Assembly: GCA_964016885.1 (NCBI GenBank)
Contig: OZ024745.1
Span: 121,086,001 to 121,150,000 of the forward strand
From: Eledone cirrhosa
Taxonomy: Eukaryota
Length of the DNA: 64,000 nucleotides
Reading direction: 5' to 3'
Part shown: piece by piece, positions 26,696 through 38,887 of the stretch
Layout of the letters: the number at the start of each line of letters is the position of its first letter
Numbering within the stretch: position 1 is the first letter of the stretch
Program-made: the position numbers and the translations under genes
The notes under the pieces: generated by a model
What the model saw: the letters and a program-made list of their open reading frames with translations, nothing else
Told to the model about the DNA's origin: nothing
The model's database searches: none

Positions 26696-27059
26696 CTAGG
26701 GAAAAAACTGGGGTTTTTTAATTAAAAATTTTGTAGAGCTTCGATCTTGATAGATTTCATAAGGGTCATCTGGATAATATCGTTTCTTCAACCAGTAACG
26801 CGAAACCATTTTGTCTAATTTCTTACATTGTGTTCTGTTGCAAAAAACTGTTTCGTTTAGTCTGTCAATACGCTTCTGGGATTTAGCCCAATGTTTATTT
26901 CTTCGACCAGATCTTGCTCGAATCCAAAGCCCAGATCTCAAACGGAAAAAACGACTAATTATAGCTGTAGAACCTTTAGGTTTTCCCTTTTTATAACTGC
27001 AAATTATTTTATTTCGAACGTTCGTGACATTGGGTAATTGTGGAGCACTCAGGAGCTTC
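26696..27059 (-). CDS. MRPL35: 39S mitochondrial ribosomal protein L35 (bL35m), last exon
   Basis: KGKPK..IISRFFRLRSGLWIRARSGRRNKHW..RL.ETVFCNRTQCKKLDKMVSRYWLKKRYYPDDPY matches the MRPL35 signature; acceptor tcttctttcag immediately before 27059 (phase 2); TAG stop ends at 26696. Confidence 0.95.
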
Positions 27060-28099
27060 CTGAAAGAAGAAAAAAGATGAAGATGAATGGACATTTAAAA
27101 ATATTAATGTCTTACTTTCAATACTTATTGATATCAGTCAGCTTAACCCTTTAGCATTCACATTACTCTATATTTACTATTGTATTTTCACAGTAAAGGC
27201 TTTACCTCACATAATATCAAACCTATGAGATTTTGATATTATTTATTTTGAGAACAATACCTTAACATAAGTACGAGTAGCCAGTCTGAAAAGAAAGAGA
27301 TGAGAGAATTCTGGCCGGATATGGCCGGTTTAAATGCTAAAGGGTTAAGGAAATATTAGTTTCTCATGACAAAACCAGATAGCTAGCCAGCTTTGCTTCT
27401 TTGTATAAGCAAGAGGTAGAATGAATTCAGTGTATTACAGATATATATATTACTAAGAGGCGATTGTGGAGCATTAACACTTTATATCTGTTTTTCCGTG
27501 CATCCATGTGTACACTAAGTTAGTTTTAAAAAAACATTTTGATGAAAGTATTATCCATACTTCAGGGAAGATAGCTGTAACATACTTGTTCTAATCACCA
27601 CCATTTTATGTCTGTTGTCCCTGCTGGCATGTGTTGGATGGGATATATATATATACATAGTGTTAGAAAGTTAAGGGACACAAACAAGAGATGGAGGACA
27701 TTTTCCCTTCATCAGTTGTCTACTACGGGTCACAGATGTTTCAGCGCATTATAGATAATACATCTATCTGTAGTGCGCCCATAGGTTTTTATCTATCTAT
27801 CAAAAAGCTATGAGGGAAAGAAGCGATAGTGAAGAGGAAAAAAGAGGAAGAAAACATACTGATAGAAGGGGAAAACAGGACAATGGCACATGAGAGTAAG
27901 TAACCGAGAGGAGAGAGAGGACGAAGTTAAAAAAGGCAGTTGGGTTTAAGCCAAGGGGCCCTATTAACAGCGGAGAGATAAGAGAAACATGTCCATTCTC
28001 AGTAAAAGCCAGCGCAAAGAGAGGGGTTGAATGACAGAGGGGATGAGAAAGGGAGGAGGAAAAGGGTGGTAGGTCCTTTTCAGTATAGCATCTCTCCAC

Positions 28100-28990
28100 T
28101 CGCTGTATTCCTTCTTCATCTCCTCCGTTAGTCTCAGCAATTTGAGGTCAGCTCTCATCACCTCCACTCAGGTGTTCCTTGGTCTACTTCTATTGCAGCT
28201 TCCTTCTATTGGGATTATTTGGTATTTATTCACCCAGCGGTCTCATCCATGTGTATCACATGCCCCTATCAACACGGACTTCTCTCTTGCACACCACTTT
28301 GGATTCTTTTTAAACCCAGTTTCTTCCTCAGTTTACCTAAACTTTGCCTTTCTCTCACACTTACATTGCTACATCCAATAAAGCACGATTGCTTCATTTC
28401 TCTCCAGTCTATGCATGTCCTCTGCAGTCACTGCCCAAGTCTCACTACCATGTAGCATCACACTTTGCACACAGGCATCATACAACTGTCCTTTTGAATG
28501 TAGGGAGGAGCTTTTGCTGTCAACAGTGGGAGTATCTCTCTAATCTTCTTCCATCCTATCCTTATTCTATCTAGTGGAGGAGGCTGCTCTCAGAGCAGCT
28601 TCCTCCACTGTTAATTAGGTCACTTAGCAGAAGCTATCAACCACTTCTATGGATCCTTTGTGTGATGAGGAAAGATGTATATCACTGATGCTTTCTGTTA
28701 ATTAGCCCTGTGCAACTTCTACATACAAAGTCTTCCCTTCCTGTTAGTTTACCTATTATCCCACATCTCTTGTGTATCCAAGATTTACATTGTGTGCACC
28801 ACATTGTATAGAGTTTATGCTTACTCCTTTACATATTGAGCAGCGCCACTTCCCTGAAGGAATCAGGGTCTTATCTTTTTTCCTACTTACTAACACTTTA
28901 GTTTAGGTGAGGTTTACTTTCAGCCCTTTTGATTCCAAATTCTGTTTCCACAGTCAGAACCTATTCTCTAGTTCTTTTATGGATTCTGCT
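28100..28990 (-). mobile_element. Degenerate RTE LINE fragment in MRPL35 intron 2
   Basis: Reverse strand shows remnants of the C-terminal RTE motifs (GKWRCSICK, SETWA, RPRNTW..VMRADLK). Confidence 0.7.
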
Positions 28991-29386
28991 ATATTAGGTG
29001 TATTTTATTGTAACATCAACACCTCCACCTTACAGAGTTGACTAGGCTTATTTTATCATAGCATCAGCACTACCACTTTATAGAATGGGCTGGGTATATT
29101 TTATTGTGACATCAACACCTCCACTTTACAGAGTTGACTGGGCTTCTTTTATTGTAGCATCAGCACTACTACTTTATAGAATGGGCTGGGTGTATTTTAT
29201 TGTAACACTACCACTTTACAGAAGAGAATGGGTGTATTTTATCGTGGAACCAGCACTCTCCTATTTATGAAACAGAAAAACAAACAAGTTTTTTTGACCA
29301 GCCTCACATAATAACTCAATGCACAAGAACCCCCCCTCCCCCCAATGTAGATTCAATATAAACATTCATAGAAATTCTATACTTAC

Positions 29387-29591
29387 TGAGTTAGTCCAGT
29401 GGAGCAGCCTATATGTCTAGGGATTTGTGTTGACTGGTGGCAGATAGAAACAAATGATCTGAGAGGCATAAGTGATGTTTGGTTGTTGAATGGTCGCAGA
29501 AGTGGTTTTGATGAAACAGTTGAAATTATGCTTGGTAAAGATGCAGGTGAATATACAGATTTGCTAACATATTGGCTAGCAGCAGATAAAA
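29387..29591 (-). CDS. MRPL35: MRPL35 exon 2 (mitochondrial presequence-like, S/L/R-rich)
   Basis: Acceptor tttgtctttgttacag, donor CA|GTAAGT; 205 nt, phase 1 to phase 2, open frame VLSAASQYVSKSVYSPASLPS...GLTQ joins exons 1 and 3 exactly. Confidence 0.88.
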
Positions 29592-29879
29592 CTGTAACAA
29601 AGACAAAATAATGATATAAATAATAATGGACACTATGATTTTTAATTTAGGCACAAGGTCAGCAATTGGGGAAGGGGAAAGTCGATTAAATCAAGGAAGA
29701 GGCTATATAGATAAAAGTGTCAGACACCCATAAGTTACGGCCAGAGTTAAGACAATTTAAAATCAAGTTAAAATCATTTAGTCGTCCATTCGTAACGTAC
29801 GTTAGGCTTCAGTTACATACACACACATCTACAGGTAAATACATAAACAGACAACAGAAGGAAGGGGCTGGCTACATAA

Positions 29880-30600
29880 TAATAATGATCGTTTCTGATT
29901 TAGGCACAAGGCCAACAATCTTTGGGGAATGAGAAAGTTGATTAGATTGACCCCAGTGCATTACTAGTGCTTTTTTTTATCGACCCCGTAAGAATGAAAG
30001 GCAAAGTTAACCTCGGCGGGATTTGAACTCAGACCGTAAAGGTCATAACTCTTATCCCAGTGCATTACTGGTACTTTATTTTATCGACCCCGTAAGGATG
30101 AAAGGTAAAGTTAACCTCGGCGGGATTTGAACTCAGATCATACAGGGAGGTAACTCTATACTTCAAAGCATGGCGCCCGACCCTCTACCGATACTGCCAA
30201 AATAATAATAATGGTTTCTAATGGCACAAGGCCAGTAATTTGGGGAGAGGGGAAAGTCGATTAAATCGATTCCAGTACTTACTGGTACTTATCGACTCCG
30301 TAATGATGAAAGGCAAAGTTAACCTCGGCGGGATTTGAACTCAGAACGTAAAGGGCCGTAGCTCTCTGCCGCAAAGCAGGTGTCTACCGATACTGCCAAT
30401 CCAATAATTGTTTCTACGTTATGCACAAGGCCAGCAATTACCCAGTGTATTACTGGTACTTTATTTTATCGACCCCGTAAGGATGAAAGGCAAAGTTAAC
30501 CTCGGCGGGATTTGAACTCAGAATGGCAAGGGCCGTAACTCTATGCGTCAAAGCATGGCGTCCGACACTCTACCGATACTGCCAATCCAATAATAATAAT
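29880..30600 (-). mobile_element. Head-to-tail cluster of four family-1 SINE copies in MRPL35 intron 1
   Basis: Four repeats of AAAGTTAACCTCGGCGGGATTTGAACTCAGA spaced about 110-210 bp apart, separated by (AAT)n tails. Confidence 0.85.
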
Positions 30601-31205
30601 GAGATAGGAGAGTGAAAGTTAAAGAGCTATATATTTTCGGCTAAATCATTGCAAGGTGTCCAGATTTAATTGGATGTTACGAGTTAATTGTCCAGAGTCG
30701 CCTGTAAGAGGTCCGATGATCTTACTCTTTGTCCTTGGGCTAAAGACAGATACCTTATAAGGAACACCGCTGCCAGCGGCTCTTTTACCCTTCTTACATC
30801 CCGGATGCTGTCATGTGGTGGGGAACATTGCATCTATATACGAACGGAATAAATTACTTTTTGCGACTCGTGGCATTCAATACGTTTGCGGAGTTCTGCC
30901 TTGCTGACAATGAGGTTCTTGTCATTGTTAGCAACTTGCCTTACCAAGGTATTAAGTAATGCATGCGAAGGTGCTAGGTTATTTCAGTGCGTTATCCTTG
31001 CTATCAACTGCAGCAATGCTGCTTAGAGTGCGCTTCAGCGCCCATGTTGTGGTGTGTGTGTGTTTTCTCCCCTTTTTCTATAAATTGTGTTGAATGTATA
31101 CATAATTATATAAAACGAAAGAATGACTTGTGCAATTCGGTATGAGTGACAAGAATTCAAAATAAAAGTATTTAAAAAACCCTTAAATTCCTATAAACGA
31201 CTCAC

Positions 31206-31233
31206 CTCGAAAGCTCTGCTTTAGGAAAGACAT
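31206..31233 (-). CDS. MRPL35: MRPL35 exon 1 (MSFLKQSFR)
   Basis: ATG at 31233, donor G|GTGAGT at 31205, phase 1 compatible with exon 2; total CDS 597 nt = 198 aa. Confidence 0.85.
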
Positions 31234-31315
31234 TTTAAATAGATTCAAGGCGAATAACTCTCAGTTTCCGGTTGACTATTATGTCGCTTCCTGTCGGTAG
31301 TTTGAAAGCGACGTG
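31234..31315. promoter_or_regulatory. Compact bidirectional promoter / 5' UTRs shared by MRPL35 and IMMT
   Basis: 82 bp between divergent ATGs, locally CpG-richer, with two ETS/GABP-type cores (TTTCCGG ~31265, CTTCCTG ~31287). Confidence 0.7.
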
Positions 31316-31354
31316 ATGTGGAAATCAAGTCGGGGTGTCTCTGCAAGATTAAGG
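31316..31354 (+). CDS. IMMT: IMMT/Mic60 exon 1 (MWKSSRGVSARLR, presequence)
   Basis: Arg/Ser-rich, acid-free peptide; donor AGG|GTAGGA, phase 0. Confidence 0.8.
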
Positions 31355-33002
31355 GTAGGAATTTTAACTGAAATTTATTTTAAAGGACTCATTATTAATA
31401 TACTGATATATATCTATAATATTACATAGTTTTTTACTTCATGTTATATCTCCATTTAGTTCATATTTCTTTTTACTTAATTCGACCTTCATATCCCATC
31501 ATCTTATCACCTTTCTCTGATCTTCGTTAGAAATATAAATATATATATTTTATTTCTTTTAACTGTCATTGTATAATAATATTTATAAAATATATTTACA
31601 TTTATCCAGACATGAGCACTGAATTATTTTCTGCATTTTCTTTTTGATAGCAGAAAATTAATAAAGAAATTATTAATTGATTTTTTTTCTATTTCTTGAA
31701 TATACTATTTTTTGTGAGTCGATTACGACTGAGCTAATTATTTACTGATAACAAATGATTTATTTATTAATACAGAAAATCTGTGTTTTTTATCTCATAA
31801 CATAGCATAAACTCCATTTAAAATAGGCGTCATAAAAATATTTAGCTTTTATTTTCATTTTAACGGTGAAAAGTAACGTAATATTTCACTGATCTCGTGT
31901 TGCAAGGTGAACTATGGCTTGTAGATTTTCATCATTTTTGAAATTATCATAGTTGAAAAAAGTATTTTATAATTTCATCCCGAAATAATTACATACAGAT
32001 TACGAACAAGACACCACTACAAAAGTATCATCTATCAATTAGAAATAAAAAATATTTTTAATTATCAACCTTTCTTTTCATATTTTTTTATTTACTATTT
32101 ATCAATTAATGTAATTTTAGATTTGTTTGTAAAAGCAAGATAAAATGTATTTAATAAATTGATCCCACCAAAGAAACTATGAGAAGGACTTTAACTCTTA
32201 TAATTTCTAGTTTGTTACAATATAATAACCAGCTGTGATTGTCACGTTTTATTAAAAATCTCATGTGTCCATGTATTTTAAAGCTGTGCTATGAAGTAAA
32301 TATGGCTGGTAATTCTAGCAAATTGAACGACTACGTAGAAGTTTCCTCATTTTACTCTTTAAGCAAAACTCTAGGATTCACTGAAGTCATTGATGCATTT
32401 GTTTTGACGAGAGAACAAACATTTATAGTGATGTCTCGTTCCTAGAATGACATAATGCCAATTTCTTTTTAAATATAATAATTCGTTCTCATCTATCTAT
32501 TCTGGACATGTGTATGTTTCTTGAGACGATGGATCTGCACCTGGAAAGCTCTACAAGGTGCAGGCTGAGACAAAGATTCTTTGTGGGAGATCAACAGTTT
32601 TTCCTCTCTCCACAACACTGGTCCAAGGGCCAATACAGCTTGGTACCAGTGGCATCACACGTTTCCCCACTCCATAATACTAATGTCCAAGAGAAAGGCA
32701 AGGGCTGAAACAGCTTGGCATCAGTGACACTAGAGATCAAAAGGCCAGAACAGAAACTACAGAGGGCTATAATAATTTTGCCAATTCACTGCTCTGGACC
32801 GTTACTTTATTTATTGACCTTTTAGTGAGCTGGTCACAGGGTTACTTACTCCAGTAAGTACCACCGGATCCCAACTACTAAATTTAATAGAAATATGAGA
32901 TAGGAGAATTTTCATACAATATCAGGCCGTGTGAGAATTATCTCTCACTACTAGAAGTAATGACTGAAAACGTAACGAGTTTCTCAAAACGAGTATCAAA
33001 TA

Positions 33003-34811
33003 TAAACTTGCATTTAATGTAGTCCATGTTACAAACATGGTAAACAAATATCCTCGTGGCATAATGAGGCATAATCCTGAACCATGAGATGGTGTTGGAG
33101 AAAGATTATCATGCTTGCGCTCGATGTGATCAGTTTGAGGAAAGCCGCCAAAAAGAGAGGAAGATAGATTTGAGTTCCCTCTTTTATAATCCCTTGACTG
33201 GATGCATTGGTATTTGATGGTAAGCGCGTACCAGATCTATTTTAGAAAATATCTTGCATCCATGCAGAACGGATGAAAAATCCTGTAAATTTGGTAAAGG
33301 ATAACGATCAGGTATAGTGATAGCATTAAGTCGTCTATAATCTCCCACAGGTCTAAAATCCGCCTCACCCTTACGAGCCAAATGAAGCGGAGATGCCCAT
33401 TGGCTGGTTGACGGTCGTATAAGACCAAGCTGAAGCATGTGTTCGAACTCATCCCTGGCTTTCTTTAGTCTGTCTGGAGCCAACCTACGTGGACGAGAGA
33501 AAACAGGCGGAGCAGTTGTAATAAAATGTCGAGTCGAGTGGACTACTTGATTCAGTTTAAATGAAATGTTAGTCAACTCGGGAAATGAGGCAAGGCTGGT
33601 TTACTGCATACAAGGAAATGCCGGAAAAATTTGGCTTGGTAGAACTGAACCGAAGAGGCCAAATACTGCAACTAGATCCTATGTCGACCATAAATGATTT
33701 GTTTGAAACTCAGTCTCTGATAAAGAAAGCACAATAAGGTGAATTAATGAGGGAGAGATCTGCCGTGCCCAGACTCTCCAATTTTAGTTTTCCGAGGCCT
33801 CGAAAGAACAGGGCTGAATACAATGTTTCGCCTTTTCACGGAAACGCACGTGATACCAACACAAAGACGAGTTGTTGGTGGGGAGGTTGGCGCGATGATG
33901 AAGAGAAGGAGACCGATTCCGTGAACGCCACCTGGATGGCGCTCGCTCCCGACACAGTTTAGCCACTTGACGAGTTAACGCGTCAATAGCTTTCAGCATA
34001 GAGTCCTCACGAGGTGAAACAGGCTGTGTTTTAAAAGTAGAAGAAGCAATGAGTGAATCTGCCGAAGTAGGTACACAAGAAAATTCCATAATGCGATCCA
34101 CCGAAGCTGCGATTTGGTCCAGAGAACTGGTGTCGACCATATTTGCCAGTATGGTTTGCACATTTGGCAAACGAGAGAAGAATAATAGTTTCACGAAAGA
34201 GTTGTCCTCTCAGACGAACGGCTGTTCCGTTTGAGCACTTCTGTCTTTAGGGTTTCGTAAGTTGTGCCTTGTGGGGGATCTGTGATTATGTCTTTCACTG
34301 AGGTTGCGAGTGATGCAGGAATTCCACTTATGAGCACGTGCAATCTTTGTTGTGCCGCTTGAACACCGTGGGCAGCAAAATACGAATCCAGTTGTGCAAA
34401 CCACAACTTTGCATCACCAGAATATGTCGGTAACGAAGAATTGCTCATGATGAACACAGTAGCCGCTGAGCGAAATTTTTTTCCAACTGCCGCACACGTG
34501 GTTTAACTTTCATGAACCCGCCAACGACAACACATTTGAAAGGAAAAAATTAGCTGTATTTTCAAAATTATAGGCACACGTGGTGGTACCATGACTAGCT
34601 GAAGTAAACTTGCATTTAATGTAGTCCATGTTACAAACATGGTAAACAAATATCCTCGTGGCATAATGAGGCATAATCCTGAACCATGAGATGGTGTTGG
34701 AGAAAGGTTATCATGCTTGCGCTCGATGTGATCAGTTTGAGGAAAGCCGCCAAAAAGAGAGGAAGATAGATTTGAGTTCCCTCTTTTATAATCCCTTGAC
34801 CAGAAGTTACA
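33003..34811 (-). mobile_element. Internally deleted Ty3/Gypsy LTR retrotransposon in IMMT intron 1
   Basis: gag LPTYSGDAKLWFAQLDSYF..DIITDPP..YETLK and CWYHVRF..HCIQPC; degenerate protease FMVDIGS; RT IRPSTSQWASPLHL..DYRRLNAITIPDRYPLP..FSKIDLVRAYHQIPM; 196-bp direct repeats at 33003-33198 and 34605-34800; TGTAAC start at 34811. Confidence 0.88.
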
Positions 34812-35597
34812 AGGAAGGTTGTAGAATTTCAATGGGAAGTAACTCTAGCTACTTCCCTTGTCTAGAGAGCGCTACAACCTCAATAGGATTAAATTTGAGA
34901 GCCAGAACTAACACTGTAAAGCATTCATTTAATCCAATCTTCTACTGATTCTAGCAGTTTTCCATCTTTTATATATCTATTAGTAACTCAGTAAAATGTC
35001 AGCTCAAAAGGTGGTAAATCAGCAGATTCATTAGAAGGTTGGATTAAATCATCATCACTGTTTAACATCTATTTTCCATGCTTGCATGCATAAGGCGGTG
35101 TCACGTTTTGAGGCTAGACTAGGCAGGTTATCATGTCTTGCTCATATATTCCCCTTTTGGCTTGGTTTCTATGGTTGGATGCCCTTCCTAATGCTAACCA
35201 CTTTACATCATGTACTTGATGTGTTGCTGTATTTGTTCCAGCTTTCTCTGCTCCAACTTCAAATTCTTGTTGAGGTCAGATTTGCCTTTCATTCTTTTTG
35301 TGGTCAATAAATGAAGTAACAATTCAGTAGATTATCAGAATTGATGATACATCAATGGGATGCTTTGTGGTATCTGTTCTAGCTCTACATTCTGAGTTCA
35401 AATTCCATATTCTGTCAACTGGCAGTTGGTCAGTGTGGAGAGTTAGGTTTAAAATACCAGTGTAGTTGCTAAGGGTTCATCTTACCATGACTCGATGAAT
35501 GGTGGAGTTTTCAATTTACTTACAAACCAAAAATTAAAAGTTCAAGGGATTTCTAACTCCTGCAAGCATGGAAAATAGATATTAAAGAGTTATAATG

Positions 35598-35652
<55 letters not shown>

Positions 35653-35737
35653 TCAGTAGAAATTGTTTTGGTAAAAGCAGGAGCAAGCAGGAAAAAGTTC
35701 TCTACATTCGTAGTTTGTAGTTACGATGGAAATTTGG

Positions 35738-35948
35738 TATAAGAATAATATTAAGAAAGATGCTGATTTTATATCAATTGTTTATTCATAATAATTATTT
35801 CAACGGTTCTCTTATGCAATCCAAGATGTAATTCATGCATTTGTTGTTGTTATGAGAACGTTATCTTGGATTGCATAAGAGAACCGTTGAAATAATTATT
35901 ATGAATAAACAATTTATATAACACCAGCATCTTTCTTAATGTTATTCT

Positions 35949-35952
<4 letters not shown>
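35738..35952. repeat. Long inverted repeat (90-bp arms, 35-nt loop)
   Basis: 35738-35827 is the reverse complement of 35863-35952 with 4 mismatches. Confidence 0.93.
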
Positions 35953-35989
<37 letters not shown>

Positions 35990-37808
35990 GTAATATTAAT
36001 GAGAGTAAATTTTACTTATTTACTAGGTGTTTTTTTAGCTCAATGCAATGATAGGATCATGCAGAGCTGTTATATAGTTAGAATTTACTTACAGACCAAA
36101 AATTAAAAGTTCAAGGTATTTAATCACTACTATTATTTCTTCCACAGATAGCAAATTATTTTATTTAACAATTTACCATCAGCATAGGCTATGGGTGTCA
36201 TCAGAGTTTAATTAAAATAACAATACACATCACACAAGATAAAACTGATAATATCTATCACTTATCAAAATAAATAACAGTTAAAAAATATAGTTTTAAA
36301 AAATATCATAGTTCAAAAAATATGGAGTTAGTTGTGTTAAAATTTGAAAGTGGTAGTTTTCCTAAAATGAATTGGAATTTATAATTAAAACAATGATGGG
36401 CTTTGTACAGTTTCCACCTAACAGTTTCACTCACAAAGCATTAGTTAGACAAAGGCTGTAGTAGAAGACATTTGTCCAGGGTGTCATACAATGGGATAGA
36501 ACCTGAAACCATGCAGCTGCATAAACTTCTTAATCACACAACTATGCCTGCATCTCACTGCAGGAAATATCAACTTATTTAATACAAAAATTAGAATCAG
36601 CAAATGATAAGTTTGTACTGTGTGGAGAATTGAGCTGACATTCTATGATATCATCAGTGACAAATTTACAGGCACTGCTTCTCTTCCTGTTGGCCCTGTT
36701 CAGAAACAGATACTGCCAAGTTATGGTGTTGGTGTTATGTTTGACTTCATTATACCTTTGTAGTGCTGTCAGTGTATCAGTTAGAGTCGCTTTACAGTCA
36801 AGAACTGAGAGAACAGGATGATCGTCATGCATCTTTAATTATACATGCCAAGCCCAGGAATGATAGTATTGGAATAAGATCTTTTTTCTTGTTAGAGTGT
36901 ATTTCTCTAGAATGTTAGCATTTTTTACGTGGAGTTCTGAGTAATGTTTTCAGATTTTTTAAAGCAACCATCTCCAATTGATCCAGCTGGATCCGCAAGC
37001 ATGACTGACCGACCTCATGGATGTTGTTCAATCATCTTGCTTGTGGTGTACCTCTGGGTCTTCTGCCAGTTGGCTTTTCCTATAAAATCTGTCCAGTGAT
37101 TCTTTCATTCTAACCACACATCTGTAGTACCAGGGTTCTCTGATCTCTTGATTTAGATAAGCAGTGACTCCTTAATTTCTGAGCTACACAATCAAACCCC
37201 AAAGGGTTGAATATTTAATTTCTTCAGCACTATACAAATGTTCAAACTTCCAAATCCAATGTAAAGCTAAAATAGAACAGTTTTGCAAAACAAAAACAAT
37301 GTTAGTGTTTATTCATTAAAAAAATTAGATTATACAAAATTAAATCTTAGACACTGAATGATTATCAGTTTCTCAATTATTAATTGTACAGAGCAATTTA
37401 GTAGTAATGTGGAGGAAAAGAAGATAGCGATATCACAGAATTTGAATGACCAACCACTTCCTTTTAGTTCTGGTTCATCTAGAGACCTCTCATGTCCTTG
37501 GTCTTTGAACTGTCGTTTTCTTTTGCAAAATTGGGTGGAGTGATTGTTGCAGTGGCTGTCTCTGGCTGTTCTCTCCTATAACACTTTCACCATTTTTCTG
37601 CAGGACATGACTGAAACATACCACATAGATTGGAGTGTAGAGGCTGCTACACCCTCCTTCATGTCCACTAATTTTTTATTTTTTATTTTTTATTTTTTAT
37701 TTTTTAGTTTTTATTTTTTATTTTTTATTTTTTATTTTTTATTGCAAACATAATCCAATTGAAGTTTGTTGTATAAAATTTCCATTCATTAATTTGCAAG
37801 GTTTAGAC

Positions 37809-38085
37809 CAGTCATGGGCAACCTGCGGTCCACAAAGCTTTCTGAATGGTTCACTTCAGTGAAATCTTTCTGATTTTTTTACCCCAACTTTTCAGTCGTA
37901 ATTTATCTTTCTATCATTTTTACGATCGAGGAAAACGTGTACGAATTCTGAAGAAACAAATCAAAACAACCTGAGTTATTGCCCTTTTTTTAATGTGGGA
38001 CGAATGTAAATTAGCGCTTGTGGCCCGCCTGATGATGAGCGATATGTCATGCGGCCCACTTCTCGAAAAGGGTTGCTCATGCCTC
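37809..38085. mobile_element. hAT (Charlie-like) MITE
   Basis: 8-bp TSD GTTTAGAC on both sides; TIR CAGTCATGGGCAAC / GTTGCTCATGCCTC; related shorter copy at about 25597-25739. Confidence 0.8.
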
Positions 38086-38317
38086 GTTTAGACATTCACT
38101 TTCATCTACTAGAAGTTATTTATCTCTATTTATAATAATTACTTTATACATATATTAATGTAATTCTTTATTATTTGAAAAATACATTAATTTCTTGAAA
38201 ATACATATTTATAAACTGCTCCATTTCACATATGCTTGTGTCTTTCATTGTTTTGACTAATATTTTATCTTTACATAAAGTTTTAGTTGTTTCATTTATG
38301 TTGTCTTTAAATTTCAG

Positions 38318-38403
38318 CGCTGTTGTGTTGCCAAAAACCAACAGGCCTTACATGCAAGAAGAAAGCTGTCAACAGAACCTCCGGCTTATAAATCCTCTTT
38401 CAA
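38318..38403 (+). CDS. IMMT: IMMT exon 2 (RCCVAKNQQALHARRKLSTEPPAYKSSF)
   Basis: Acceptor atttcag, donor AA|GTGAGT; phase 0 to 2; RRKLS resembles a presequence cleavage site. Confidence 0.82.
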
Positions 38404-38588
38404 GTGAGTCCAGATTTATATTTTATCTAATTTGAAAATGGGTTAAGGAGATATCTCCTTTGTGTCAAGGGTACAGCAACCTCTCTAATGCCTGTGCCAT
38501 AATAAAACACACCTCGTGCACTTTGTAAGTGGTTGGTGATAGGAAGGGCTCCCACCTGTAGAAAACTTGCCAAATAAAAGGTCTAGAG

Positions 38589-38887
38589 CAGTAGTCTCCA
38601 ACCTTTTTTATACCACAAACCGGCTTCATGTCGGACAATCTTTCTGCAGACCAGTAGTTGCACACATGTGTTATTTAAGTGTATTTCGATAAAGAGAGCA
38701 ATAATAAAAACGGCTATTTATTAAAGTAGATGAATATTGAATATTTAAACAAATCTTTTTAAATTAAAGTCCAATATTCAATTTATCTATTATATAATTT
38801 TAAACGAGTTAATTATTTCTTTGCAGTCAGGTAGCAAATGATCCATGGACTGGTACCGGTCTGCGGCCCAGTGGTTGGGGACCTCTG
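38589..38887. mobile_element. hAT (Charlie-like) MITE inserted into a SINE-like repeat
   Basis: 8-bp TSD GTCTAGAG on both sides; TIR CAGTAGTCTCCAACC / GGTTGGGGACCTCTG. Confidence 0.82.

Noticed and set aside
390-27800. Additional hammerhead-like strings at ~399, ~2928, ~6677, ~10622 and ~27735
   Set aside because: Core boxes or stems are too degenerate to call; at most decayed relics.
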